From NCBI RefSeq assembly GCF_006345805.1, contig NC_043002.1:49228001-49292000 (forward strand): a stretch of 64,000 bases of DNA. Direction: 5' to 3'. Made by a program: the position numbers and the translations under genes. This stretch comes from Octopus sinensis (Eukaryota). Positions within the stretch are counted from its first letter, which is position 1; each line of letters starts with the position of its first letter. Shown here in pieces: positions 27,561-41,167 of this stretch. Below the pieces are notes generated by a model. It was not told where the DNA came from and did no database searches. It worked only from the letters and a program-made list of their open reading frames with translations.

Positions 27561-28735
27561 CAGCGTGCGGTGAATATATTATCGTCTAAATTACGCAAAA
27601 GTGGAAATAATACTGACATCTCATTTAATAGATTTATTTATTAAAATTACATAGAAATATTTTGAAATACTAAAGCGTGAATTTATTCAATAAAATCACC
27701 ATTGGCTTCAACTACGCCCTCCAGATGACTTTGGAATCTCCTGCAACCCTTCTAGACGGTTTCCTTGTTTAAGTTGGTGAACGTTGCTATAATCCTTGCC
27801 TTCAGGTCATCTTTGGTGTTACAAGGAGTTTTGTTGGTCTCTCGCTCAACTGCGCCCCACACATAATAATGAAGGGGGTTGCAATTTGGGGAGTGAGGTA
27901 GCCAGATGTTAGGGGTGTTGTGATCGAGGGCATTATCTGACAGCCATAACTGGGTTCTCTTGCTTGTGTGGAAAATCCTGTTGCCAGACAGGGTTTTCTC
28001 TTGACCTAGGGCAGCACTACCTTCTTTAGGCACTTGATGTAGGCCTCCATGCTGAGTCTGAAGCCGTGTGGGAAGGAGAATGGAGGCATAACATCGCCAT
28101 CGCTAATGATCACTCCAAAGACAATGATGCTGACTGTCGGTACATGTTTTGGAAATACAGCAGAAAGTTTTCTCGTCTGAGCAAAACCAAAGAATGTTCG
28201 GTTGGAGGGGATGCTTGTTCAAAAGCTTTGTAGCGCGCTATTTCCTCTTGTCCTTGATGGCTTGTGGTAAAGATTGGTCCTTTCTCATCTTGTATGAGGA
28301 ATACCGAATGTCTTCATGAACTACCTGCCTGATAAGAAACTCAAACAATAGACCTGATTGACTTGGAGGGATTGTTGTCAATCATAGCATGGATCTCACC
28401 AACAAATTCAGGAGTTCTTTTCTTATCAGAGTGAGGTTTTCGAGCTGCCGCACCTTCGTAATCACCATTAGATTCATACAACTCTTACCGAATCCTCTGC
28501 ACTGTCCTCAGCTTGATACCCAAACACTTGGAAAGGTTCGTATAGGAGCTTCCTGCGCAAACGCCAAGCAGTACAGCATGTCGTTTCCAAATTTTTGGCA
28601 AAGTGAATTGCGTGGTGGTGCTGTTTTTTACTCACTGAGCTTAATATTCAGTGTAGTCGGCAAAATCAGAAACAAACAATGCGCATAGCTGAAATTAAAA
28701 GTATAAAATGGCGACAATTTACCCATCGGACCCTG
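27561..28735 (-). mobile_element. Tc1/mariner superfamily relic, maT (DD37D)-like
   Basis: HTSKRTQLWL..WLPHSPNCNPLHYYVWGAVE..DDLKARII..CRRFQSHLEGVVEANGDFIE; degenerate roughly 29-bp TIRs CAG(G/C)GT..; TA at the right flank. Confidence 0.8.
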
Positions 28736-29741
28736 TATATATATATATATATATGCATGTATACACACACACACACACAAATATATATATAAAAATGGTA
28801 AGACAACAAAAGAATGAAAGAAACCTCGATATTATCTAAATAGAGGAATTTATCTGTAAATGTAATATGTGACAATTATTCGTTAGCCATGATAAAACTT
28901 CGAGTTTCGTATGCCGAGGTGGAAATCCACACCGCCATCTCTTCAGTTATCTGGCCATCGGAAAAATGCTATGAAAAGTGACCGTTATACAAAGGAAAAT
29001 TACTGTGTGATTGACCGTTATTTAGACAAAAGAGCTATTTGAATGACCGCTGAGTGAGGGAAGGGAGTAAAAGTAAGGGGGTAAAAAGTTCATAGTATTC
29101 GCGTCAGCGCGCATGTTCATGCCTACACATGCACACCCGCACACACTCGTGCGTACGCCTAAAAGTATACATTCATCTAAGGGAGTGTACAAAGAGTCAA
29201 CCATGTCTATATACGCACATACCCGTATGCACGCACACACACGCCTATATACGCACATACGCGTACACGTCTATGTACGCACACACACACACACGCACGC
29301 GCAAAAAAGATCATACATACGTCTATACACAAGAAAAAACAGTTAAAGGCAAAAATACAGGAAAATGTGTAAAAACACTGAATAAAACACGTCTATATAC
29401 GTACATACTCGCATGCACGCACACAACTATATACGCACATACCCGCACACACGCACGCATACACACGCGCACACAAAAGAATCCATATACACGTCTATAT
29501 ACGCACAGGGAAAAATGCAGGGTGAAAGGTAAAATACAGAAAAATTATGTATAAAAAATATATAAGCAATAAACCTATAAACCAATATCTCTATAAATAT
29601 GTAAAAAATATATGTATAAAAAATCTATAAGAAATATAAGTAAAAAGTATAAAGTGATAAAAAGCTTGTGTGTGGACACAATATAGAAAGGAAGTTCTAT
29701 CTGTAGTCTCGGGAGGACCAAAAACGTAACAAATATTTGGC

Positions 29742-30420
29742 CACAAGAAGAGGAAACATAGGAATGGGAAAACCATCTGGTTCACACACCCTTACTCATC
29801 CGAGGTGACCTTCTATATAGGCAAGTATTTCTTAGCACTGATAGATAGACATTTTCCAGTCAACCATACTTACAGGAAGCTCTTCAATAGACACAACTTA
29901 AAAATCAGTTTCAGCTAAACTACCAATTTTAAAACTATAATCGCACACAACACACAAAAACCACAATACGAAACCAGTTGTTCATGCAGGGATAAAAATT
30001 TGTGCCCGCTAAATGGAGCTTGCATGTCTCAGACCATCATTTACGAAGCCACCGTGGACTCTATACCCACTGAAGATACGGTTTCGACGAAGAAATACGT
30101 GGGCCTTGCAGAGGGTAATTTCAAGGCCAGGTTCAATAATCACACCTTGAGCTTTAGGCACTGGGATAAAAGGAAAACGACCAAATTATCCAGTCATATA
30201 TGGTCATTAAAAGATAAAGGTGTCAGTTACAACATCCATTGGAATATCTTAGCCAAGTGTAAGCCCTGCACCCACGGCAGTGGAGAGTGTGGTCTATGTG
30301 ATATGGAAAGATAGCTCATCTGGAAAAGTAGCTTAGACCCCGCTACATGTCTGAATTCAAGAACTGAACTTTTCGGGTTATGCCCATATGAGGCCAAATA
30401 TTTGTTATGTTTTTGTCCCC
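29742..30420 (+). mobile_element. Penelope-like element relic (thumb, CxCx5C linker, GIY-YIG), Hydra-clade-like
   Basis: One frame with two stops: KTIWFTHPYS..IGKYFLALIDRHFP..KLFNRHNLKISFS*..CSCRDKNLCPLNGAC..IIYEATV..KYVGLAEGNFKARFNNHTLSF..LSSHIWSLK..CGLCDMER*..LNSRTEL. Confidence 0.92.
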
Positions 30421-30989
30421 CCACCCCACCCCGAGACTACAGATAGAACTTGCTTTCTATATTGTGCCACTGAACAAGGACTGCAACAACAAAATGGTAC
30501 ATTTAAAATAAACGTTTACTCATCATAATTTAGAGCACCCACCTATTAAACTGTAGGACACAAACTATAGCATGTTAAGGTCAAGCCGCTTTAATCTTAA
30601 GTCAGAATCTAATACACGACTATAATGCTCTCCAGTATAAATGAAAATAAAAACATCATTCAGTTTGTGAAACAATTAACTTTTAATGTGTCACATCGAA
30701 ATTGCAATGTAGTCAGAGGTAGAAATAAATTATAGGTGCGGCGTTTACCTATTAGGAAATGTATCGTTTTATTATAGAAGTCTGAGGTCAGTAATGTTAA
30801 CCTGATGTTGAAAAAAGATTTTTTTCTTTACTAAAATTATTAGACATACGGATATCGCTTACGGATTTACATGTTTTATGAAAGTTAAGCATACATGTAG
30901 ATAGATATACAAACAGATGTGTAGCTGTATTTGTGCGCATGAGTGAGTTGAGCTAGTGCATTCACACACTAACATTGCACTTATATATG

Positions 30990-31079
<90 letters not shown>

Positions 31080-31896
31080 TAAAGAGTAAAAGATTAAAAG
31101 AATATATATATATATATTTACTAGTTTCAGGCATTTGACTGCGGCCATGCTGGAGCACCGCTTTTAGTCGAACAAATCGACCAAAGGACTTATTCTTTGT
31201 AAGCCCAATACTTATTTTATCGGTCTGTTTTGCCGAACCGCTAATTACGGGGACGTAAGCACACCAGCATCAATTGTCATGCGATGGTGGGGGACAAACA
31301 CAGACATACACACATACATACACACATACACACACGCATACATACACACACATACATACATACATACATACATACATACATACATACATACATACATACA
31401 TACATACATACAAACAAACAAAGAAAATCACATTCAGACAGTTGCAAAATACGTACTCGAATACTAATTACAGGGTAAAACGTAAAACTATATTTTAATG
31501 AGACCGAAAAGGACTTCACTGACTGTTACTCGGAGTTTCACAACACCGATCAGGCAGTCATGAGTTCAAGAACAATACAAACTTTTGTCGATTGTGTGGT
31601 GATCATGAGACTGAGCAAATAGTTTGTGAAGTTTTACTCTGCTTCAATAATATAATGTAGCAGGGCAGCAAGCTGGCAGAATCGTTAGCACGCCGGATGA
31701 AATACTTAGCGGTATTTCGTCTGCTGCTACGTTCTGAGTTCAAATTCCGCCGAGGCTGGCTTTATCTTTCATCCTTTCGGGGTCGACTAAATAAGTACCA
31801 GTTACGCACTAGGGCCCTTGTTTGTCCCCCTCAATGTATAGCTCCCGGTGGACAATAAATAAAATAATGCAGCCATCTATCTATCTACATACATAT

Positions 31897-32024
31897 ATAC
31901 AGTTCTATATTTAAGAGATGAGGAATTATGTACATCATTTACATTTGACGGATATTTGTCTCGTGTGGTGGTTAAGAGCGCGGGCTACTAACCCCAAGAT
32001 TCCGAGTTCGATTCCAAACAGTAA

Positions 32025-32102
<78 letters not shown>

Positions 32103-32250
32103 CAACAGCATTGAAAAATACCTTAGGAATGAGAACCTAGGTTGAAATTTCCCCAAGACACCTGATGAAGGCTGGAGGATATATCAGCCGAAACATTGTG
32201 TTAACAACAAACAAGATGAGGACAAATATCCGTCAAATGTAAATAATGTA
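31897..32250 (+). mobile_element. tRNA-headed SINE with hammerhead motif and PLE-type inverted terminal duplication
   Basis: A box near 31966, B box GAGTTCGATTCC at 32004, (AAT)n, hammerhead at 32157-32202. 31931-31962 is the reverse complement of 32218-32250. Confidence 0.75.
32157..32202 (+). ncRNA. type-I minimal hammerhead motif (stem III mutated)
   Basis: GACAC-CTGATGA-A-GGCTG(gaggatatat)CAGCC-GAAA-CATT|GTGTT. ACAT is one CpG-type change from the palindrome ACGT. Confidence 0.7.
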
Positions 32251-33046
32251 AATAATATACATACATACAAACATACACACATGCAGATATGCATGCATAC
32301 ATACACATACGCCCATACACACATACGCCCATACATACATACATACATACATACATACATACATACATACATACATACATACATACATACATAATATATT
32401 GTGTGTTTGTAGAAAGTGTAATGATTTAAAGTAGTTTTTTTCAATCATTTTTTTTGCCTGTGAGCCCCCTTCGGGCCCTATTTTACTCTACTGGATCTGC
32501 TTGGCCATTCGATGTATATAAAAAAAAAATTTTACGATTAAATATTATTAGGAACTGTAAAATATATACATATATATGCTGGGTGTTGCAGAAGTATAAG
32601 CAATTTATTGCACATAAATTTTAAGACAGAAATTTTGAATGGACTCCTAAGGGTCATATAGAGCTCTGTTGAGAACCATTGCTTAAGAGTATTCAATTTC
32701 AACTGTTAACTATATAATCTCCGAGTCCATTCTGATCGAAGAAACTTATGACCGAAGGAATGCCAATTGAACCTTCTTTGTGTTGGACTACATTAGCAAG
32801 CATGTCCTCTTTTGATTTGAAAAGGTAGCTAGCGACATGAAACTTAATAGGTGTTTCGAGTAGATTAAGTGACCCTATAGGGATACTTGTAGGCTTGGGT
32901 GTGTTGCTAAAAGGCTCGCTTTGAAGCCCTCTGATTTCGGGTGCAGTCCCCACTGCGCGGAACCTTGGGCTAGTGTCTTCTAGTAAAGCCCCGAAACGAC
33001 CGATGCTTCATTATCAGTGGACTTGGTGGCTGGAAACTGTGAAAGC

Positions 33047-33108
<62 letters not shown>

Positions 33109-33299
33109 GTATATATAATTTTTAGAAAGCATGAATCTAGAGTTGAAGTACACTAGAGAGTAGAGCAGTCTATATCTTTTTACTGTGGAAGGCCGGTTTA
33201 TTGGGTTACCCTGGGTTTCCCTCCATAAAAGGCTTAACATTATAGCGTATCGTCAGACCCCAAGACCTGTTGGCCTAAGACCTCTTTAATACACACACA

Positions 33300-33337
<38 letters not shown>

Positions 33338-33500
33338 TATATATATATATATATATATAGTTAGTTTATATTCTTTTAAGAACATAGTAGAGTACAGGAT
33401 AAAGCTATTTCACCTTCATATTTCACTTAGTGCTATCCATCAGTAGTATACCAGCTGCCAGATTTGCGCTGGGGCTTCTATAGTGTCTGAATAGATGACT

Positions 33501-33707
33501 GAATAAGCTAGAGTCAACAAGAAGGAGTACATGGGAACATTTATTTGTAATCACTACAATTATTTCCACACAACGTAGGTCCCCATGTTCGCAGGCATAA
33601 CATAATTAAATACCCGCGAACCTGGAGAACTACTTTGTGTGGAAACAATCGTATTGATTACAAATAAATGTTCCTCTATACTCCTTCTCGTTAACTCCAA
33701 CTTATTC
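33501..33707. repeat. ungapped 95-bp inverted repeat with 17-nt loop (foldback or MITE-like)
   Basis: 33501-33595 versus the reverse complement of 33613-33707: 80/95 identical, no indels. Confidence 0.9.
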
Positions 33708-33708
33708 A

Positions 33709-33752
<44 letters not shown>

Positions 33753-34283
33753 TGTCTGTGTCTGTCTGTCTGTGTGTGAAGAATGTGTGTGTAAATATAT
33801 GTGCGTGTTTTCGTTTACTCCCTCCCATTCGCAGAGCTTGACAACCGATGCTGGCTTGTTTATGTCCCTGCTACTTAGCAGTTCGGCAAAAGAGGCAAGT
33901 GAACAAGCACGAGACTTAAAACAACAAGTAGTGAGGTCGATATGTTCAACAAAACCTCTGAAGGCATTTACTCAAGGGAATGTTTAAAAAAGAGTAAACA
34001 ACACCGGTTGTCAAACAGAAGTGGGGAAAATACAGCATAAACACTCATATTAATATATATGTATATATGGCAGGCTTCGACCCAGTTTCCATCTACCAAA
34101 TTCAAAGATAAGGCATAGGTCAACTCGGAATTGTAGTAGAAGACACTTACTCAAGGTGCTGCGTAGTGGGACTGAACCCGAAACCAAGAGGCTATAAAGT
34201 GAGCTTCTTAACCTCACAGTAGTGCTTGCGTTTATAATGAAGGTATTTATAAACAGACGTAATACCGTGGAAGTATGTGTGTG

Positions 34284-34348
<65 letters not shown>

Positions 34349-35014
34349 CTCTATTGTTCTTTCTTCCTTTCTCACTCTCTTTCTTTCTCTCTCTCTCTCG
34401 CTATATATATATAACATATACGTGTGTTTACGTGTTTGCGTGTGTGTGTGTGTGCTTTATAAACAACCTATTGGAATATGAACGTGGAAGAAAGAAAGGT
34501 AATTAGGAAAGCAGGTGAGATAGAAGGAAAAGAAAAGTAAGTAGAGAGGAGAGAAGGTGACGGAATAAGGTGTGAGACAAGAGAGAGGAAAGAAGAAAAA
34601 CAAGAACAACAACAGCAACTACTACTATCACTACTACTACTACTAGAGCAACAGCTATAACAGCCAACAACTGCAACAACAACATCGGAGTGCGATGGAT
34701 GATGGACAAGGAAGGGTAAAATAAAATGGTGAAATATATATATTGAAAATTAGTGAATATGAGAATAACGATGAATCTGCACCCCGGGGAAAATGTGTTA
34801 ACAGTAAATTATAATCGATATCTGTCTATAAAACTATACCAACAAACTCATTCATGTACATATCAAAATACACACACACACACACACACACACCTGAACA
34901 ATAAGTGAAAGTGTGCGTGTTTGTGTATGTGCATGCGTACGTATATACATATATGTATGTGTGTATCTTTATATATATACACACACACACACACGCACAC
35001 ACACACACACATAC

Positions 35015-35061
<47 letters not shown>

Positions 35062-37255
35062 ATATATATGTAGAAAGAACGTATTCAGATGGCTAAGCTT
35101 AATATATATATGTGTATATGTACATACACACACACAGACACAGAGGCGCGCACATACATATTTATATGAGGGGGGCATGGCCTGCGGTTAGGGTGTAGCA
35201 CTCACGATCGCGAGATCGTGGTTTCAATTCCTGGAACGGGTGGTGCGTGTTGTGTTCTTCAGTAAAACACTTTATCTGACGTTGCCTTGCGATTATTTAG
35301 ACCCGTGACATGTAGCACACTATGCACATGCTTAAGTGATGTCGATTTGATGGAGTGAGTGAGCTGCAGTATAGCACATATATTTGATCTACATACAAAT
35401 CATTTGTGCGGGTCGTTCAGTAGAAGCTAAACTTTCATAGGCCATCTTCGACTGAAGCTTGTGTCGCACACAGCGCGCACGCATATATATTTGTATATAT
35501 ATACTTTTTTATTTCTCTTACTTGTTTCAGTGATTTGACTGCGGCCATATTGGAGCACCGCCTTAAAGGGTGTTGTTTTAGTGGAAGAAATTGACCCCAG
35601 GACTTAGTCTTTGAAAGCCCAAAGTTACAGGAATATTATTTGAAAGATGTGACAGGAAATGTACAGTGAAACTGCGGTGGGAAGTGAAGTAGATAACGTT
35701 TTAGATAGAATTCCTTCTTCAGGGCAAAAGTGACTGGCGGGAAGTAAGAGAAACACAGCAGTGTTTTTTCCAACTTCTAACGTTTGAGAAACATATTTAG
35801 CCACAAACTCCTTAAAACACGCACTTTAGAACAAACATGTGGTTTGTATAATGTGACATGGTTTTGTCGCCGACTAAATCCTACCAGTTCAACCAGGCGA
35901 AGAGAGGCAGTAGGGAAATTAGGAACGCAAAGCAAGACCTGTCAAAAGAACAGATGAACCCAGCATAGGATGACTCTTTAGGGGCAATGTAACAGCGTGT
36001 GCTGTAAGATCACTATTGGGTGATAGACACCTAGTTCTAGACAGACTATATCTCAAGGTGACATGTTCTAACGATGTACATAAAGCCTTTTAGCTGCGGT
36101 ACGGGAGATCTACCTTACATTATTTTGCTTGCCTTATGGTAGCGTCCAAGGCGAAAAAGAGCTGGAGAATATACACGAGAAAATAAAAAAAGAAGCATGA
36201 CTGTAGAGGTCAGCTGTAAAGCAGTTTCAACACATTCAAATTACTGGTAGAATCTTCCCTTTATGAGAAGGTACGTGTTGTAGCGGGTCATCCTTGTCCC
36301 TAGATTTATCTCTCTCACAATCAACGAAGATTGTAATATTGATTTCAAATTTTGGCACAAGGCCAGCAATTTTGGGGGAGGGTAAAGTCGATTATATCGA
36401 CCCCAGTGTTCAACTGGTATTTATTTATCGGCTCCCATAGAATAAAAAGCAAATTCAACCCCTGCGGCATTTGAAATCATAACCTATTGACGGACGAAAT
36501 GCTACTAGGCATTTTTCCCGGAGTGCTAATGATTCTGTCAGCTCGCCGCCATATTGAAGATAGTAACATTGGTTTCAAATTTTGGCACAAGAACATCAGA
36601 CTTGTGGGGAAGGGCTAAGTCGAACACATTGACCCTAGTGTTCAACTGGAACTTATTTTATCGATCCCGAAAGCATTTTGCTAACGATTCTGCCAGCTCG
36701 CTGCTTTAACGAAGATAGTTATATTAATAAATGAACACAGCCCAGCCTCAGTCTGAAGCTTCATTCCGCAAGTATCTTCTTCCGTAATGTGGGTCACAGG
36801 TTTTGAGTTTAAGTGGGCAGCGTGTCATTGCAGCGGTTTACGACAATGAACCAAATCCTTGATGTGTTAAAATTATCCACGCATTTAGAGGATGTGTTAC
36901 ACGTACCAAATGGTAATTGAAACAAGCCTCGTACGAAAAGGGAAGGTAATGCCAAAAATTAAGAACTCTCCCAAGTTGATAAATCATTAAGGAAAAGGAC
37001 AGGTCATAAATGTGTTCTGTTGTCTTTTGTATAAGGTTACTATAAATAATCGAGAAAATTTATCGTTCTGATGACGCTTATTGAGACAAAAACACGTTAC
37101 GTCTATCCTTTTTCTCAATAGCGTGTCAACTTCGGAGAATCCTTGGTTCTTAAGATTATTACTTTCTCATAGGAAACTCGTTTCAGCATTTGCTAACTGT
37201 GACCCGTGCTCTAGAGGCATATGCAAGAGTTTATATATATACACGTGTGTGTGTG

Positions 37256-37285
<30 letters not shown>

Positions 37286-37286
<1 letters not shown>

Positions 37287-37479
37287 GAAAAAATGAGTAG
37301 AGATGGCCGTTTTGGCGGTATAATATTTTATTTTAATAATAATGTTTACAGTGAGTGACTCTGGTTTCAAGCTTCAAATAACCGTTTTCAAACTGCTTGA
37401 TACCAGAGTCACTCACTGTAAACATTATTATTAAGATAAAACTTATCCCCCAAAGAAGCCATCTCTACTCATTTTTTCA
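37286..37479. repeat. roughly 195-bp foldback with 47-bp inner stem and 22-nt loop
   Basis: 37326-37372 pairs with 37395-37441; the outer TGAAAAAATGAGTAGAGATGGC pairs with GCCATCTCTACTCATTTTTTCA. Confidence 0.9.
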
Positions 37480-38367
37480 ATTATATAATGCTGTACAAAG
37501 AACTTTCTTTTTATTATTCTACTATATATATATGTATGTTTGTATGTATATGTTTATATATGTATGTATATATGTGTATGTATGTACATTAAAACCGATA
37601 CAACATATATATATATGCAGCTATAACTATCTATCTGTCTGTTTATGTCTATACACAAACACTCACGTTTTACTCGCGGTTTTCTTATCAGTCCTTACTA
37701 TCCGAGAACATTGCATAAATTAAACAATAAATACATAAATGCATAATTCAAAGCTAATTGTTGTATGAACTTGAACTTTTTAAGGGTTGAAAACAGAACG
37801 TTACGAACAAGAAATAGAAGAATATATTTGCTTGATTATTCTTCTCATTTTCTTTTTCCTGTGTTCTTTCAAGGTCTCATCGACTGTATTTATGCTGTTG
37901 TCACTTCAAAGTTAAAAGTAAAGCGATCACACTTTTTTCCCTTTATGCGCATCACAGCATGTTAGCGAATACAGTTCATGGCTTTCAGTGCTTAGGATCA
38001 GTCTACATGGTCTCGTGCTGGGTAAGCAAATCATTGTGTTCTTTGGAAGTCCTGAAATGGGCTTTGAGACAAGTAGGCAACAGTTACAGACACACACATA
38101 CATGTGTAATACATGAGAACATAGATACAAACATATATACACACACACACACAGACACGCGCGCGCGCACGCACACACACGCACACATATATATATACAT
38201 ACACATCAAATTGTATTGAAGAAGTGCTGAAAACATGATCTCCTAAAAGGATTTCGTCCAATTTGCATATATACGCTCCAGCACGTGCGTTTACGAGGCA
38301 TGTACAAATGTATATAGGTATTATGTATGCATGTATATATGTATGTGTGTGTGTGTGTGTGTATGTA

Positions 38368-38424
<57 letters not shown>

Positions 38425-39069
38425 TCATTGACACAAAAGCACGTGTGTATATGCTTCAGTTTGGCAATTTGAAACGATTTGAACAGATTTGAATTTAGAA
38501 CATAAAATGTCAGGAGAAATACCGCAAGAACAGTTTCTGATTTAAGTACAAGGCTTAAAATTTGAAAATGAAGGTATGACTCGATACCTCCAACCCAAAT
38601 AACTGACTGGAACCGTATTTTATGAACCCCGGAGGGATGAAAGGCAAAGTCGGTATCAGTAGGATTTGAACTCAGAACGTAAGAAAAAAACATACGGAAG
38701 AGATGATGTAATAATTACTTCTGATTTAGATAGAAGGCCAACATTTTTGAGGAGAGAGTATTATTGTCTGGTAGATTATTTTATCGATCAAGAAAGGATG
38801 AAAGCAAAGTTGACCTCGATACGATTTGAACCATGGATATATAGAACCAGAACAAATATTGCAAAGCATACTTTCCAACGAGCTTTAACGATTCTGCTAG
38901 CTTGCCGATATGTTGTAGTAGTAATAATCCTTTCAACTGGACTAGCCAATTACTTACATCAACCCCAGTGTTTCGATTTGAACGGGTTTGAGTTCAAAAC
39001 ATAAAATGTTGATTACATCAACTCTAGTGTTTCACAAGCACTTAATAATAATAACTACAACAACATTAA

Positions 39070-39471
39070 TAATAGTGGTTCAAATTTTGTCCCAAGGGCA
39101 GAAATTTGGGGGGAGTGGATGAGTCGATTACATCAACTCCAGTGTTCAACTGATACTTACTTTATCGTCCCCGAAAGGATGAAAGGCAAAGTCGACCTCG
39201 GCGGAATTTGAACTCAGAACGTAACGGCAGACGAAATACCTATTTCTTAACTATTCACAAGGGGCTAAACACAGAGGAGACAAACAAAGACTGATAGACG
39301 GATTAAGTCGATTATATCGACACTAGTGCGTAACTGGTACTTATTTAATCAGCCCCGAAAGGTTGAAAGGCAAAGTCGACCTCGGCAGAATTTGAACTCA
39401 GAACGCAGCGGCGGACGAAACACCTCTAAGCAGTTCGCCCGGTGTGCTAACGTTTCTGCCAGCTTGCCGTC

Positions 39472-39475
<4 letters not shown>
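39070..39475 (-). mobile_element. dimeric Nin-like tRNA SINE (Twin-like)
   Basis: Two tandem GAAAGGATGAAAGGCAAAGTCGACCTCGGC units ending at the tRNA head. Another full copy at 60060-60460 (-); decayed copies at 36350-36710, 38560-38900 and 39550-40015. Confidence 0.85.
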
Positions 39476-39535
<60 letters not shown>

Positions 39536-41096
39536 TAACAATAATAAAACTCTATTATAGTCACAAGGCCTGAAATTTTGAGGGAGGAGGCGCTAATCAA
39601 TTACATCGAGCCCAGTGCTCAACTAGTATTTATTTTATCGATTCCACAAGGATGAGTAGCAAAGTCTACTGTGATTGATTTTGCTTTTACTCTTTCGATG
39701 TCGATAAAATAGGTACCAGTTGAGCACTGGAGTCGATGTAATTGATTTAGCCCCTAGCTGAACTTACTTGCATTATGCTAAAATTTGAAACCCTTACTAT
39801 TAGTAATAATAATGTTTCTTCTTTAGACATAAGGGCTGGCATTTGGCATAGGGAGAGCGCTAGTCGATTACATCAACCCCAGTGTTTCACTGTTACTTAA
39901 TTTATCGATCTCGAAAGGATGAAAGGCATATTCGACCCTAGCGAATTAAGACTCAAGACTTAAAGACGGATGAAATGCAATTAAGATTCTAACGATTCTG
40001 CCTGCTCACCGCTTTTCTGTAATAATAATTCTCAAATATTTTTACATTAATATAATGTAGACAAGAAAATCACAGTAGGTAATTTCTTAAGAATTCGTTA
40101 ACGGTATCTTCCTTGATGAAACTGATTACAATGGTAACTGGTCTCTGCTTCGTCTATTGTAACCACAACCAATAAATCTCATCTGCTTTCAGCTTCTGGT
40201 ATTGTAATTCATGTTACACTTATAAGTATTTCATCACGGAAAAGAAGTAAAATATATTGACCTTCACAGTATATTGTCGTTGGAGATATAAGCCAATGCT
40301 TAATGAGATTTTGCAAAACCGAACTAAAATTTCCATATTTTATAACTAGGGTACAGAATGGTGTCCTGTTCGGGAGGTATTACGTTCAAGCAGATTCTTA
40401 AACGTCTGCAAGTGTCTTCTTATAGTTCCGAGCGACTGAATTTGGTAACAAAATGTTTATTAGTTACATAAAATGAGACGGTCAACTCACATTCCACATC
40501 TTGGTATTCCTTCCTAACCAAATTTTTAACTTTTAATTCACCGAAAGAAAGTTTTTTTTTTATTGTTTTTTTTTACATAATATGATTGGATTATTCATCA
40601 ATAAAAAAGAAATACACTGATGTATTCACGTACAAGTATATGCAGGCGTTTGAACATGTCAGTATCCGCATGGATATATGCAGGAGTGTCTGTAGACAGT
40701 ATATACACAGATATGCTGATCTTGACCCTAGCTTGGTGTCACTATCCAAAACACCTTGATTTTAATCAATCCTACAAATAACATACACACATATAGTTCA
40801 CAGATGAGAACCAGATATTCTCCGCATAGAAGACACTTAGTAAAGCTCAAAAGATTTAAACTCCGATGTCTTTACAGGGGTTTATTTTACAAAGTAAAGA
40901 GAGGCTATAATTGGGATCAAGTTGAGCGGGTTTGAAGCAATTATTGGGATAAGCAAATTAGACACAACAAATATATTAAATATATTAAGTACATCAAATA
41001 CAAAATATGTAAGTATACATGCAAAACGAGAGAAAGCAAAATATGGAAACTTTCAGAAGGTGAATGATGAATTTATATGTATATAAATATATATTT

Positions 41097-41167
41097 ATAT
41101 AAATAGATCCAACTTGCACCGAGAACAAATATCATTTGTACTCTGTGTAAGTTGGACCTATTTATAT
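41097..41167. repeat. 71-bp hairpin (miniature inverted-repeat insertion)
   Basis: ATATAAATAGATCCAACTTGCAC..ACAAAT(atc)ATTTGT..GTGTAAGTTGGACCTATTTATAT; absent from the partner arm. Confidence 0.75.

Noticed and set aside
35690-35730. CTGAAGAAGGAATTCTATCTAAAACGTT on the minus strand
   Set aside because: Possibly a decayed hammerhead, but there is no stem I and the GAAA is broken.
37060-37105. CTGATGACGCTTATTGAGACAAAAACACGTT
   Set aside because: It has only half of the core and the stems are unconvincing.
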